IMG/VR virus record: IMGVR_UViG_3300036760_000150
Span: 82,674 to 146,673 of that record
DNA length: 64,000 nucleotides
DNA from: a virus
Direction: 5' to 3' (one strand)
A model generated the notes under the pieces. It was not told where the DNA came from, did no database searches, and worked only from the letters and a program-made list of their open reading frames with translations. Shown here piece after piece: positions 17,801 to 25,351 of the stretch. Both the position numbers and the translations under genes were made by a program. Position 1 is the stretch's first letter, and each line of letters opens with the position of its first letter.

Positions 17801-20679
17801 ACCTGGCCGCTCATCCTAAGGCTAGCACGAAGCTGCTGGAGCACATCGCTGCAAACTACCCAGAGGAGATGGTCAAGGTTGCAGGACATCCAAAGGCTTA
17901 CTCAAGCAAGGTGCTTCGTACCATACTTACATCAGGCAACAAAGAGGCTATAAAACAGGTAGCCAACAACGACAAGGTACCTGACGAGGTCAGAGAGCAG
18001 CTAAAACGTGACCCTGAGATCATGTTGAATTTAGATGGTAAGTATGTAACTCCCGACGATCTTACCAGAGCTGTCCCTGAGGCTGACGCGCATAGGCTAG
18101 AACAGATCGTAGACCATCGATCAGCAAACGATGAAGTGTATAATAAAGTCCTTGATGCGGTTGATAGTGGTAGGTTCTCAGACGAAGAGAAACAGATCAC
18201 ACTGAACAATGTGGCGGATAAGCGAAACTTGAGTAAGACAACCATAGATAGGATCATAAGTCATACTAACGCCACTTCACGCAGCATATCTCATGTGTTG
18301 TCTAAAAACAATGTGGATAACGAGCAGTTCAACAAGATCGTGGATAGGTTCGACTCTGATCAACCAGTTATGGCTTACCTTGCCGATAACTTGTCATCAT
18401 GGCGCGACGGAGATGTTGGCCAAGCAGCAGATAGACTTATTGACCACATCGATGTTGGAGCAGAACCAAATCTGGTCTCTCAACTTATAAGTAACCAGCA
18501 TGGTAAACTGCACCCTCAGTTCTTCGATAAAACTCTTAGCAAACTTGAGGCCGCACGAGGACCTCAGTACCAGTACACAGACAAGCCTAAGAGTATGTTA
18601 GAGTCTGACGGTGAGCTACTGAGTCATATCGCAGAGTTCGCACCTACGTCGTTGCATGGTAAGTTGGTGCAGTACCCAGAGTTACAGCCGATGTTGTTGA
18701 GGTCTGGCAATATTAACAAGACCTCGTATGACAAGATGGTAGAAGATCTTCCAAGATTGCATGAGATAGCTGCTAAGTCTGACAGCGATTACTTGAAGAA
18801 ACGTTTTGTCGAAGAACATATTAAACGTCTGGTAGATAGCCCACACTCTGATGAGTCTGCCATCAACTTGATCTACAAGACTATGGTTGACAAACAGACG
18901 CCTGAGGAAAACGGTGTGATGGTATCAGCCATACTATCATCTCCTAAAGCACCATCTAAGCTGATAGATGACATGTTTAAGGCTGGCAACATCAGGGCTC
19001 TGCGTAGTCCTAAGTTATCTAGGCATATAGTTGATGAACAACTCTCTAACCTGACAATGACCAACTCTGAAGATCTGGCTCAGAACCCCAACGTGTCTAT
19101 GGGTGATCTTAACAAAGCCGTAAAAGATAAACGAAATTCTCCAGTTGCTTACAGAGATGCATACGGCACGATGTTGTCTCGACCCTCCTTGAGGTCAGAA
19201 GACCTTGAGCAATTATATGATATGTTCTCAAAGAACAAAGGTGCACTTCCCACCGAAGATCAAAATTACCTCACCAAGAGGATCATCCAACGTCCTGAGG
19301 TGACTGAGTCTATATTCAACGATGCCTATGGTAAAGGCCTCATAACTAATGATCAAGCGTACTCCAACCCTAAATGGGGTGGTCGTCTGTTCAGGGCTAT
19401 GGATCACAGAGTTCCAAGTGGTGTTCCCAACTTGACGACTAAAACTCCTGTGACTAACCAGCAGGTGTTGAAGCCAAGAATGGAGAAGCTGCAGTCAGTC
19501 GCCTCCATGGTACCACCTGAAGGGTACATAGACTGGGCCACCTTCAAGAAAGATAACCCCTCTATGGCTGGTGACCCTCTTGTGCAACGCATGTTCACGT
19601 CTGCCCCTAAGCAGCGACTTACGCAGGAGCATGCGCAGAAGTACCTGTCTGAGGTTCCTGGCAAAGAGTTTCACATGTCTTACACAAAATGGACAGGCAT
19701 GCAGCGTCATAGGTCTGTGCCACAGTTGGTTGTCCAGGTGAACAACGGCTCTTTCATGGACGACGTGCTTGCCAAAGACCCTGAAGCTTACAGGCTGTAC
19801 TCCTTCATGCAGCAGGCGTCTAAGAACTCCGGTCATCCTACCACTCCTCAGTCTATAGGTTGGTCTCGCGTCGACACTGGTGATAAGGATCACTGGTTCA
19901 TCGATGAGGTACAATCAGATTTTGGTGCTGGCGTTGCTAGGGAGCTGAGCAAGATACAGGAGAACCCAGAGCACGCAACTGCGTTTGCTAGCAAAGTTGG
20001 TATACCTGTCGAGAAGGCTCAGAAGGTTTTGCATAGGTTGGTCGACGTCATGCAAGGGTGGGATCGTGCGTTGGTGGAGCACGTGATCGATCTCGCTAAG
20101 CGTAACGGTGTCAAGCAGGTTTCTATGCACTCTGGTAAGTCTAAGACTGTCACCAACAAAGGTGGAGAGTCCGAGATCACGAACAAGTACGACAAGCTGT
20201 ACAACAAGATGCCTCAGGAGATGGGATTCCACGGTGACTTCTACAAGAACTTACCTGTGGCTACCGATAAATCATTGATGGAACAACCTGTATGGACGTT
20301 GAACATCCCTCAGGAGATTAAGAAATCTGAGTACGACGAGAGGTCTGTGTTGGTCAAAGCTGGCCAAGTCATATCGAAGCTCAAGAATGAGGAAGTTCAG
20401 AACTACTCACCGGAGGCGTTCCAAGCTGCTCTTGAGGCTGTCCAGGCTCTGGTGCAGGTCTTGAAAGAAAGTGGCTACACATCTCCAGGGCATGCCGACG
20501 TAAACAACCATCCGTCGGTTCCAGGAGAGACTTCGCCTAGACCTAAGGAAGATAAGCCGCTGACACATCAGCATAAGATGTACTCACCAGGTGCCGTTCG
20601 CATGTACGACAGCCACGAAGAGCGTCAGAAAACTCCAGAAGGCAAGTGGGTCAACGTCAGCAGGCAGGGTGATACATGA
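14863..20679 (+). CDS. 1938-aa protein: long alpha-helical (A/L)xxHPN repeat solenoid plus a C-terminal EVQSD/GNAT-like domain
   Basis: Many repeats such as IAKHPNA, ALEHPNV, LTENPNTP and LLTHPNTD. The C-terminus has IGWSR...FIDEVQSD...ALVEHVIDLAKRNGVKQV...KLYNKMPQEMGF, then IKKSE. Confidence 0.8.
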   Translation: METQVPKIQKMPAAEAEQHVNNLSLPASKLAEIAGQHTDNPEIMQAIAKHPNAGPQALDIAYRSDMADSALEHPNVSQKTVEHAFNRFVEPNEPKDLEYEHKDIALHPKLPQEKKDTLVMKIMNSKDKGTWSDMIANNYFDKGHASEAMVQHALQHPDVDYTAHALQSPTVSDEHVKTAAARKDFDYEQAKKAIENKALSPESIAFLYNKFRGKEGENTYWRDKIEGNLTENPNTPPEIISKLASKRSPHRRDAMQHPAFPEKELHNMVKEGDEDAIDAALPRSDTPEEVLRHIHAHLPDDANYKWGKGRSLVRHPNYPEDLQLKSAKGSTDEARALLKREQLSKPVLDQLVSHKNTNLAVDALKHKAITPETVLLAYNRKAKDVAGAAGLHRLLPKELKINRAVENEDTAVKLADISNDKDVLRSIAERWGNKDSVRGRLLRNHNLDGDTLHNLVSHQIQATGSRATYFPNNLDEHPNMKPETRMMMIKHPSASYKAFSHINLTPDEAREGLRHWATEDRDLAGDYATGLLTHPNTDPELAKEIVSGTYGKLNNRQLRSDELEEFVKSHPLVYTKGVVKAALETPHELTDKNAVGQIAKGADSLSAKDIAEYVDGVKKMKFGGDRDKEDFYHSVAVDMVRNPNADPHFLVGLVDRSLNNSQQTQHDIKLANAAIHNPSYPKKHLEEIIRHPKFPEDNGNLRGDLTGFIKDKIYEPEMKELRDKALVESNHPQFVTDLLTTRFKDQEDPKLVEKALSNPHPEVVKDVLGYLSNKSTQMSGANDSRSRQIRDYVDQLADHADPSVRAAAFEMMSPEAQAKMTQGQDLMSNPELIQGLSRENAEKLKIESHHSLDAIQQLLKHKYAHWQHFEQAVNHSQEGAELAHKILSAKIEGEDRPSKKDVEGLGYIQEKLLDKYSDSSASRFIARTTPNTLVLDKIVNDPRLFNKFGGNITENDHALSRHLDSFTKLKGESHASLMSDLAAHPKASTKLLEHIAANYPEEMVKVAGHPKAYSSKVLRTILTSGNKEAIKQVANNDKVPDEVREQLKRDPEIMLNLDGKYVTPDDLTRAVPEADAHRLEQIVDHRSANDEVYNKVLDAVDSGRFSDEEKQITLNNVADKRNLSKTTIDRIISHTNATSRSISHVLSKNNVDNEQFNKIVDRFDSDQPVMAYLADNLSSWRDGDVGQAADRLIDHIDVGAEPNLVSQLISNQHGKLHPQFFDKTLSKLEAARGPQYQYTDKPKSMLESDGELLSHIAEFAPTSLHGKLVQYPELQPMLLRSGNINKTSYDKMVEDLPRLHEIAAKSDSDYLKKRFVEEHIKRLVDSPHSDESAINLIYKTMVDKQTPEENGVMVSAILSSPKAPSKLIDDMFKAGNIRALRSPKLSRHIVDEQLSNLTMTNSEDLAQNPNVSMGDLNKAVKDKRNSPVAYRDAYGTMLSRPSLRSEDLEQLYDMFSKNKGALPTEDQNYLTKRIIQRPEVTESIFNDAYGKGLITNDQAYSNPKWGGRLFRAMDHRVPSGVPNLTTKTPVTNQQVLKPRMEKLQSVASMVPPEGYIDWATFKKDNPSMAGDPLVQRMFTSAPKQRLTQEHAQKYLSEVPGKEFHMSYTKWTGMQRHRSVPQLVVQVNNGSFMDDVLAKDPEAYRLYSFMQQASKNSGHPTTPQSIGWSRVDTGDKDHWFIDEVQSDFGAGVARELSKIQENPEHATAFASKVGIPVEKAQKVLHRLVDVMQGWDRALVEHVIDLAKRNGVKQVSMHSGKSKTVTNKGGESEITNKYDKLYNKMPQEMGFHGDFYKNLPVATDKSLMEQPVWTLNIPQEIKKSEYDERSVLVKAGQVISKLKNEEVQNYSPEAFQAALEAVQALVQVLKESGYTSPGHADVNNHPSVPGETSPRPKEDKPLTHQHKMYSPGAVRMYDSHEERQKTPEGKWVNVSRQGDT

Positions 20680-22151
20680 GTATCAGGGTTTATATAGCTG
20701 AGGAGTCTTTGAAAGAGCTGGGCAAAGACCTTGAGAATCTTAGTGCTGCTACGCAAGAAAAAGTAAAGGCATCTCTGCAGATCTTGGCTGCGCAAGTTCA
20801 TGGATATGTGATACAAGAAGTTAACGCTACTATGAAAAGTACGAGAAGCGTGTACATCAAGAGCATAGTTGGACCAACTGAAGTTGGTGAGAATATGTGG
20901 ATGGTAGGGCTCAAGAAAGATGCCGAGTGGATCGAACAGGGGTATCCTGCATATGATATGATCCCCAAACTCACAAGTGGTCCAAAATCTAAAGTCTCTA
21001 AAGATGGATGTGTTTTAAATCCTCGTAATAAAATTTTAACCATTCGTGGATGGGTAAAAATAAAAGATATTAAAGTGGGAGATTTTGTTTTAACACATTC
21101 TGGTAAATTTCGCGAAGTTAAAGAAGTTAAAATTCAAAAAGCTGGTATAAATACTGAATATATAACAATATATCCTAAAACAATCGATAGCTCCCGTCCT
21201 GTAACTAAAAAATATAATGATTTAACTTGTCCATCTTTATCCTTAACTTTAGATCATTTAGTATTAACGCCATTGGGGTGGATTCCAGCTGAGAAACTTA
21301 AAAAAGGTGATTTAATTGCTACTCCAGGTGATTTAAAGAAATTATGTAAAAAATGTGGTTCTCCAGTACCAATTAATGTATTAGATTACTCGTTCTGTCT
21401 AAATAATAGATGCAATAGATCGTACTTAGCACAAGAACGTGATAAATATAAAGAAAAGGCATGCGTTCGTGATGGCATAAAATTACTTAGGATATCTAGT
21501 CATAAAATTTATAAAATTGGCTCAAATATATCAAGACATCTTTCTTTATGGATAAAAAACCACTCTGGCGAATTAGGTGTTGCTTGGGTAAAAATTTCAA
21601 AAATTAAAAAAGGAAAAGTAAATAGACCTGCTCATGTATTTGCTAAAAAATATGATTTATGTTTGGATGCAGAAGAGCATTCTTTTTGTTGTGAAACTGT
21701 ATATATACATAATTCTAGATACACAGTGATTCCATTCAAACATAACAAGCGACCTTCTGATATGTCTCGTGCCGAGATGAACCTGGCGAACTACGCCAAA
21801 GCTGAGCTGAAAGCTCGTGGTCTAGACAAGGTGATAAAAGATAGTCAAGGGCGGGCTCTCTCTGGTAAAGTTGCAACAGTTAACCTCACCGGACCTGGTG
21901 CACCGATGTCTAGACACAACACACCATTGCTTGCCGGTTTGACTGTGTACCAAACTATCATGAAGAACCAACAGACAGGCAAAGAGACTGTTCGTAGAGA
22001 TGTGATGACGTTCAGAACCGTCAGCGAGAAACAGAAAGGTACTGGCAAGTGGTACAACAAAGGTATGGCTGGTTTTAGGATCTTTGACAAAGTTCAAGGG
22101 CAGGTAGATGCCGCGTGGGGCAAGATGGTCGCGGAGCTTCTAAATGAGTAG
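20676..22151 (+). CDS. Putative neck/tail-completion protein interrupted by an intein
   Basis: Extein motifs (WIEQG...DMIP...SKDG | SRYTVIPFKH...MTFRTVS...KW) fit myovirus neck/tail-completion proteins. Confidence 0.65.
   Translation: MSIRVYIAEESLKELGKDLENLSAATQEKVKASLQILAAQVHGYVIQEVNATMKSTRSVYIKSIVGPTEVGENMWMVGLKKDAEWIEQGYPAYDMIPKLTSGPKSKVSKDGCVLNPRNKILTIRGWVKIKDIKVGDFVLTHSGKFREVKEVKIQKAGINTEYITIYPKTIDSSRPVTKKYNDLTCPSLSLTLDHLVLTPLGWIPAEKLKKGDLIATPGDLKKLCKKCGSPVPINVLDYSFCLNNRCNRSYLAQERDKYKEKACVRDGIKLLRISSHKIYKIGSNISRHLSLWIKNHSGELGVAWVKISKIKKGKVNRPAHVFAKKYDLCLDAEEHSFCCETVYIHNSRYTVIPFKHNKRPSDMSRAEMNLANYAKAELKARGLDKVIKDSQGRALSGKVATVNLTGPGAPMSRHNTPLLAGLTVYQTIMKNQQTGKETVRRDVMTFRTVSEKQKGTGKWYNKGMAGFRIFDKVQGQVDAAWGKMVAELLNE
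21009..21713 (+). mobile_element. Intein (235 aa) with a degenerate endonuclease region
   Basis: Block A: CVLNPRNKILTIRGWVKIKDIKVGDFVLTHSG. Block B: LTLDHLV. Blocks F/G: KYDLCL...HSF...IHN, followed by +1 Ser. The DNA is sharply AT-rich relative to its flanks. Confidence 0.92.
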
Positions 22152-22301
22152 GTTTACCAGATCTCTTATGACCACCACTCCACCTATGATCACGCTGGCG
22201 TACAATATCGTGAACATGATAGCTATGCTAGCCACAACAGTCATACCTACAACTGCAGCGATCAGCATCTCCCTTGCCAAATGTCTGAGCACACCTCTCA
22301 T
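22140..22301 (-). CDS. Antisense 53-aa membrane protein (moron-like)
   Basis: MRGVLRHLAREMLIAAVVGMTVVASIAIMFTILYASVIIGGVVVIRDLVNLLI, with its own sigma70 promoter. Confidence 0.6.
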   Translation of the reverse strand: MRGVLRHLAREMLIAAVVGMTVVASIAIMFTILYASVIIGGVVVIRDLVNLLI

Positions 22302-22308
22302 AACTTAC

Positions 22309-22337
22309 ATGGTAGATCAACCCGTCAAGGTTGTCAA
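22309..22337 (-). promoter_or_regulatory. sigma70-type promoter, leaderless
   Basis: TTGACA-N17-TACCAT on the - strand; ATG lies 7 nt downstream of the -10 box. Confidence 0.65.
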
Positions 22338-22356
22338 CCTCAGCGGGTACTGACGT

Positions 22357-23349
22357 ATGGCTGGTTTCTTCAACGCAGACCTGATCATCTTCACATCTCT
22401 CAAAGAGGGTATAAGACGCATCAAGGATAGTCTGTACCTTGTGGACAGCATCAACGGTCTACTTGTGGAGGACCAACTCCTTGCTGACTTGTATGGTAAG
22501 CAAGAGGTGGACCGTTTCCGTAAGTTCGTCGACAAGACGTACATAAACGTCGTGCTAGACCACAGACCTCCTGAGCAGGCTAAGTACCCGTGCATCTCTG
22601 TTGGCATAGGCCAAGGAGCCGAGGAACCTCAGCAGAAGCTTGCTTTGGGCGACGGACACGACACCATAACAGTGGACCCCAACAGCCTGCAAGGCCTGAA
22701 GGTTACTCCTAAGACCTTGGTAGGTCCTGTTACCCCAGAGAGCTACGACAAGATGACTGGCACCTTGGTTCTACCTGACAGTGTGTCCTTGAAAGACGTG
22801 TACCAGGGGATGGTGGTGCTAGATGAGGTCAACAACACCTCCTACGACATAGAGATGGTCATAGACAACCAGACCCTCATGATAACCCCAGACTCAACCC
22901 CCAACCTGAACGGCATGACGATACGTCCTAGATCGAAGCTTGTAGGTAACACGAGAAAATCAGTGTACTGTCGCGAGAACTACGATCTCACTGTAGTGGC
23001 CACAGACCCCACCGAGCTTCTCTATGTGTTCAACCTTACCATGCTGATACTGCTCAGGTTCAAGAAGGAACTGTTCGAGCTTAGAGGGTTCGACGTCCAG
23101 ACGTTCAACTACGGGCCTATCATGAATGGTGACGACGGCAGCCCAAACAAGATCTGGTTTAGGACGATCAGCCTGTCGGGTCGTGTTGAGTACCAGTGGA
23201 GCAATGAAATCTCTGAACAAATCGAAGGACTTAAGGTTGATCTTCGTGTGACAAACACAGATGGTGATGATTTGAAGTCACCAGACGGTGTGCTAGCTCA
23301 AGTTCAAGCGCAAGGTTGGTCCGAACCAGGCGACCCAGATGCTGAGTAA
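22357..23349 (+). CDS. Putative tail terminator/completion protein
   Basis: YPCISVG...ENYDLTVVA...IWFRTISLSG pattern; lies upstream of the sheath. Confidence 0.55.
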   Translation: MAGFFNADLIIFTSLKEGIRRIKDSLYLVDSINGLLVEDQLLADLYGKQEVDRFRKFVDKTYINVVLDHRPPEQAKYPCISVGIGQGAEEPQQKLALGDGHDTITVDPNSLQGLKVTPKTLVGPVTPESYDKMTGTLVLPDSVSLKDVYQGMVVLDEVNNTSYDIEMVIDNQTLMITPDSTPNLNGMTIRPRSKLVGNTRKSVYCRENYDLTVVATDPTELLYVFNLTMLILLRFKKELFELRGFDVQTFNYGPIMNGDDGSPNKIWFRTISLSGRVEYQWSNEISEQIEGLKVDLRVTNTDGDDLKSPDGVLAQVQAQGWSEPGDPDAE

Positions 23350-23360
23350 GTACTTGGAAA

Positions 23361-23401
23361 TCTTAATCTATCCGATAGTTTATGCTTCAGTCTTAATTTT
23401 A
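23361..23401 (+). promoter_or_regulatory. Tandem putative late promoters
   Basis: TCTTAATCTAT at 23361-23371 and TCTTAATTTTA at 23391-23401. Confidence 0.55.
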
Positions 23402-23411
23402 AGTGGTAGCT

Positions 23412-25038
23412 ATGAATATAAGTAAGTCTCTTCTTGAGAAGATCATACAGTTACGAGACCTTAGGCAGGCTATCAGTGCCGTCAGGAAGAACTCAGCAAT
23501 AAAGAAAGCTGATGATCCTCCGTCAACCAAGTGGCCTAAACCAGATCTGTCAGACAAAGCTAAGGCCAGACAGCCTGGCCATCCTGCTCGCTCTGTTTCT
23601 ATAGAAGCTCCTGAGGTGGGTGATAAAAAAGCATACGGTCTGAAACATCTCGGTGTAAAACGTACATACGGCGGCGTCGTTCACATGGTCGGCGTCCCCG
23701 GTAGCAACAGGCACTACGAGATTCATGTGAACAGGTCCTCACCCAAGATCGAGCACACTATACGTCTTGTGACATCAGATGGGTCCACGTTGAACAGGTC
23801 GCCAAACGTCCACGGCGATATCAAATCGGCTGTTGAGGACGTCGCTCATCATTTCAACAAAAGAGAGTGGTTGAGGCGATGAACGACATCTACAAGAAGC
23901 TGCAAGATTTCTTGACGTTGGCTAAATCTAACCCAGACCCATCTGGTGCACACAAAGAACTTGCCATAAAGGTCCATCAAGCCCTTAGTAAGAGGGCGGC
24001 TAGTGTGTCATCAGCCACCGTGTCTTCTCCTGGGATAGTGAACACACCTGGTACAGTTTCTCTACCATTTGAAGTTGCTGGTCCTACCATGCTGAACGTC
24101 CGTGGTGGTGCAGTCAAGAAAGGACAGCCGATGTCTAAAGATCTTTTCAAGTCCTTGCATGAGAAGTTATCCAGCGCATTGAACAAGAAGTGGGGACAGA
24201 AACAATCTCAACCTGCTGTACAAGACATCGGGAACCAGATGTACCACATACATGATGTAAGTGGTGATAAACCTCTAAGGATAACGACCAAACCGATGAA
24301 ACTCAACGATATACACAATCGATGGGGCAAGAACATAGAGAGTAAAGGGTTCAAGTTGATCCCACACAACCTAGATAAACCCCAAGGTCCTGCAGGTCAG
24401 TGAGGAGTGATATGAAACGAGAAGATCTCATCAAGATGTGTCATGAAGTGGAAGAACTGGCCAAGCAAGAGTTGGCCAAGTTAGACCCTAAAACCAAACT
24501 TCCTGGAGTCATGATCGACAAGAAGGAGTCTAGCACAAAGAAGACCTTGTCTGCTTCTGAACATCTGAGTAAACCTGTGCCTAAAGGTGTGGACCCGGAG
24601 AAGTACGACAGCTGTGTTGATCAGGTGAAAGACAAAGGTGGAGCTAAGAACGCCTATGCTGTATGTGCAGCTAGCTTGAAGAAAGACCAGTACCATGATC
24701 TTCACAGTAAGATGAAAGAGTCATTTAGCAAGAGTGGCTACCTTAAGAAAGACGACAAGCCTCATCCAGCTGGTAGCCCAGAAGAGAGATCACACGCAGT
24801 CGCTGAAGGTAAAGAGAAACTTCCAGATGCTATAAAAGATCTAAAGTCCCCCGGCGACCAGAAGAAGATGCTCGATCATCTTCGTACCCTTAAAGATCCT
24901 TCTCAGCACAGGAGTCCAGAGAACATCATCAAGGAAGAGATGAAGAAGGATGGCCCTGCTCCTACCCCTAGTCCTGGTCCTACCCTTAACCCACAAGCAG
25001 TTCAGGGATTTCTGTCTGGGTTCAGAGGAGTCAAATGA
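23412..25038 (+). CDS. Three Lys-rich hypothetical proteins with xxKS/KA/KD motifs (23412-23882, 23879-24403, 24412-25038); putative internal head proteins
   Basis: ISKS, IKKA; LAKS, LFKS; FSKS, LKKD, MKKD; overlapping starts and stops. Confidence 0.65.
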
Positions 25039-25289
25039 GCAAGAAGAGACGGCAGCAAGAGCAGCCTAAGGAGATTGAGTCTGAGTCGAGGCCTGGACAC
25101 CAAGATGTCCAGAATGAACCACCTATGTTATGGGATAGCTGGGAAGCTTTCTGGAACTCATGTGTCAAGGGTGGTACACCGTCGCTCATGGTTGCATGCA
25201 AAGAGCATGTCAGATGTCTCGGTTGGTTAGGCGATCAATCTCGTTGGATAAAAGGTGCAATTCATTTCGGTATAACAATTGAGAAATAG
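25035..25289 (+). CDS. Hypothetical protein preceding the tail sheath
   Basis: ORF with ATGA overlap and GAGGAG RBS. Confidence 0.6.
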   Translation: MSKKRRQQEQPKEIESESRPGHQDVQNEPPMLWDSWEAFWNSCVKGGTPSLMVACKEHVRCLGWLGDQSRWIKGAIHFGITIEK

Positions 25290-25295
25290 TATAGA

Positions 25296-25327
25296 TATCA
25301 GCAACTTAGAACTAAATCTTAATCTTA
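25296..25327 (+). promoter_or_regulatory. Putative late promoter with IHF consensus box
   Basis: TATCAGCAACTTA (WATCARNNNNTTR) at 25296-25308; TCTTAATCTTA at 25317-25327. Confidence 0.62.
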
Positions 25328-25351
25328 TGCTAGCACAATAGGAGAAGTAAG

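Noticed and set aside
14863-20679. Tape measure protein
   Set aside because: It lies upstream of the sheath and tube and has Pro-containing HPN solenoid repeats plus a globular enzyme-like end, not an Ala/Gly-rich TMP pattern.
22144-22353. + strand 69-aa ORF from the ORF track
   Set aside because: The - strand has a better-supported membrane ORF with its own consensus promoter.
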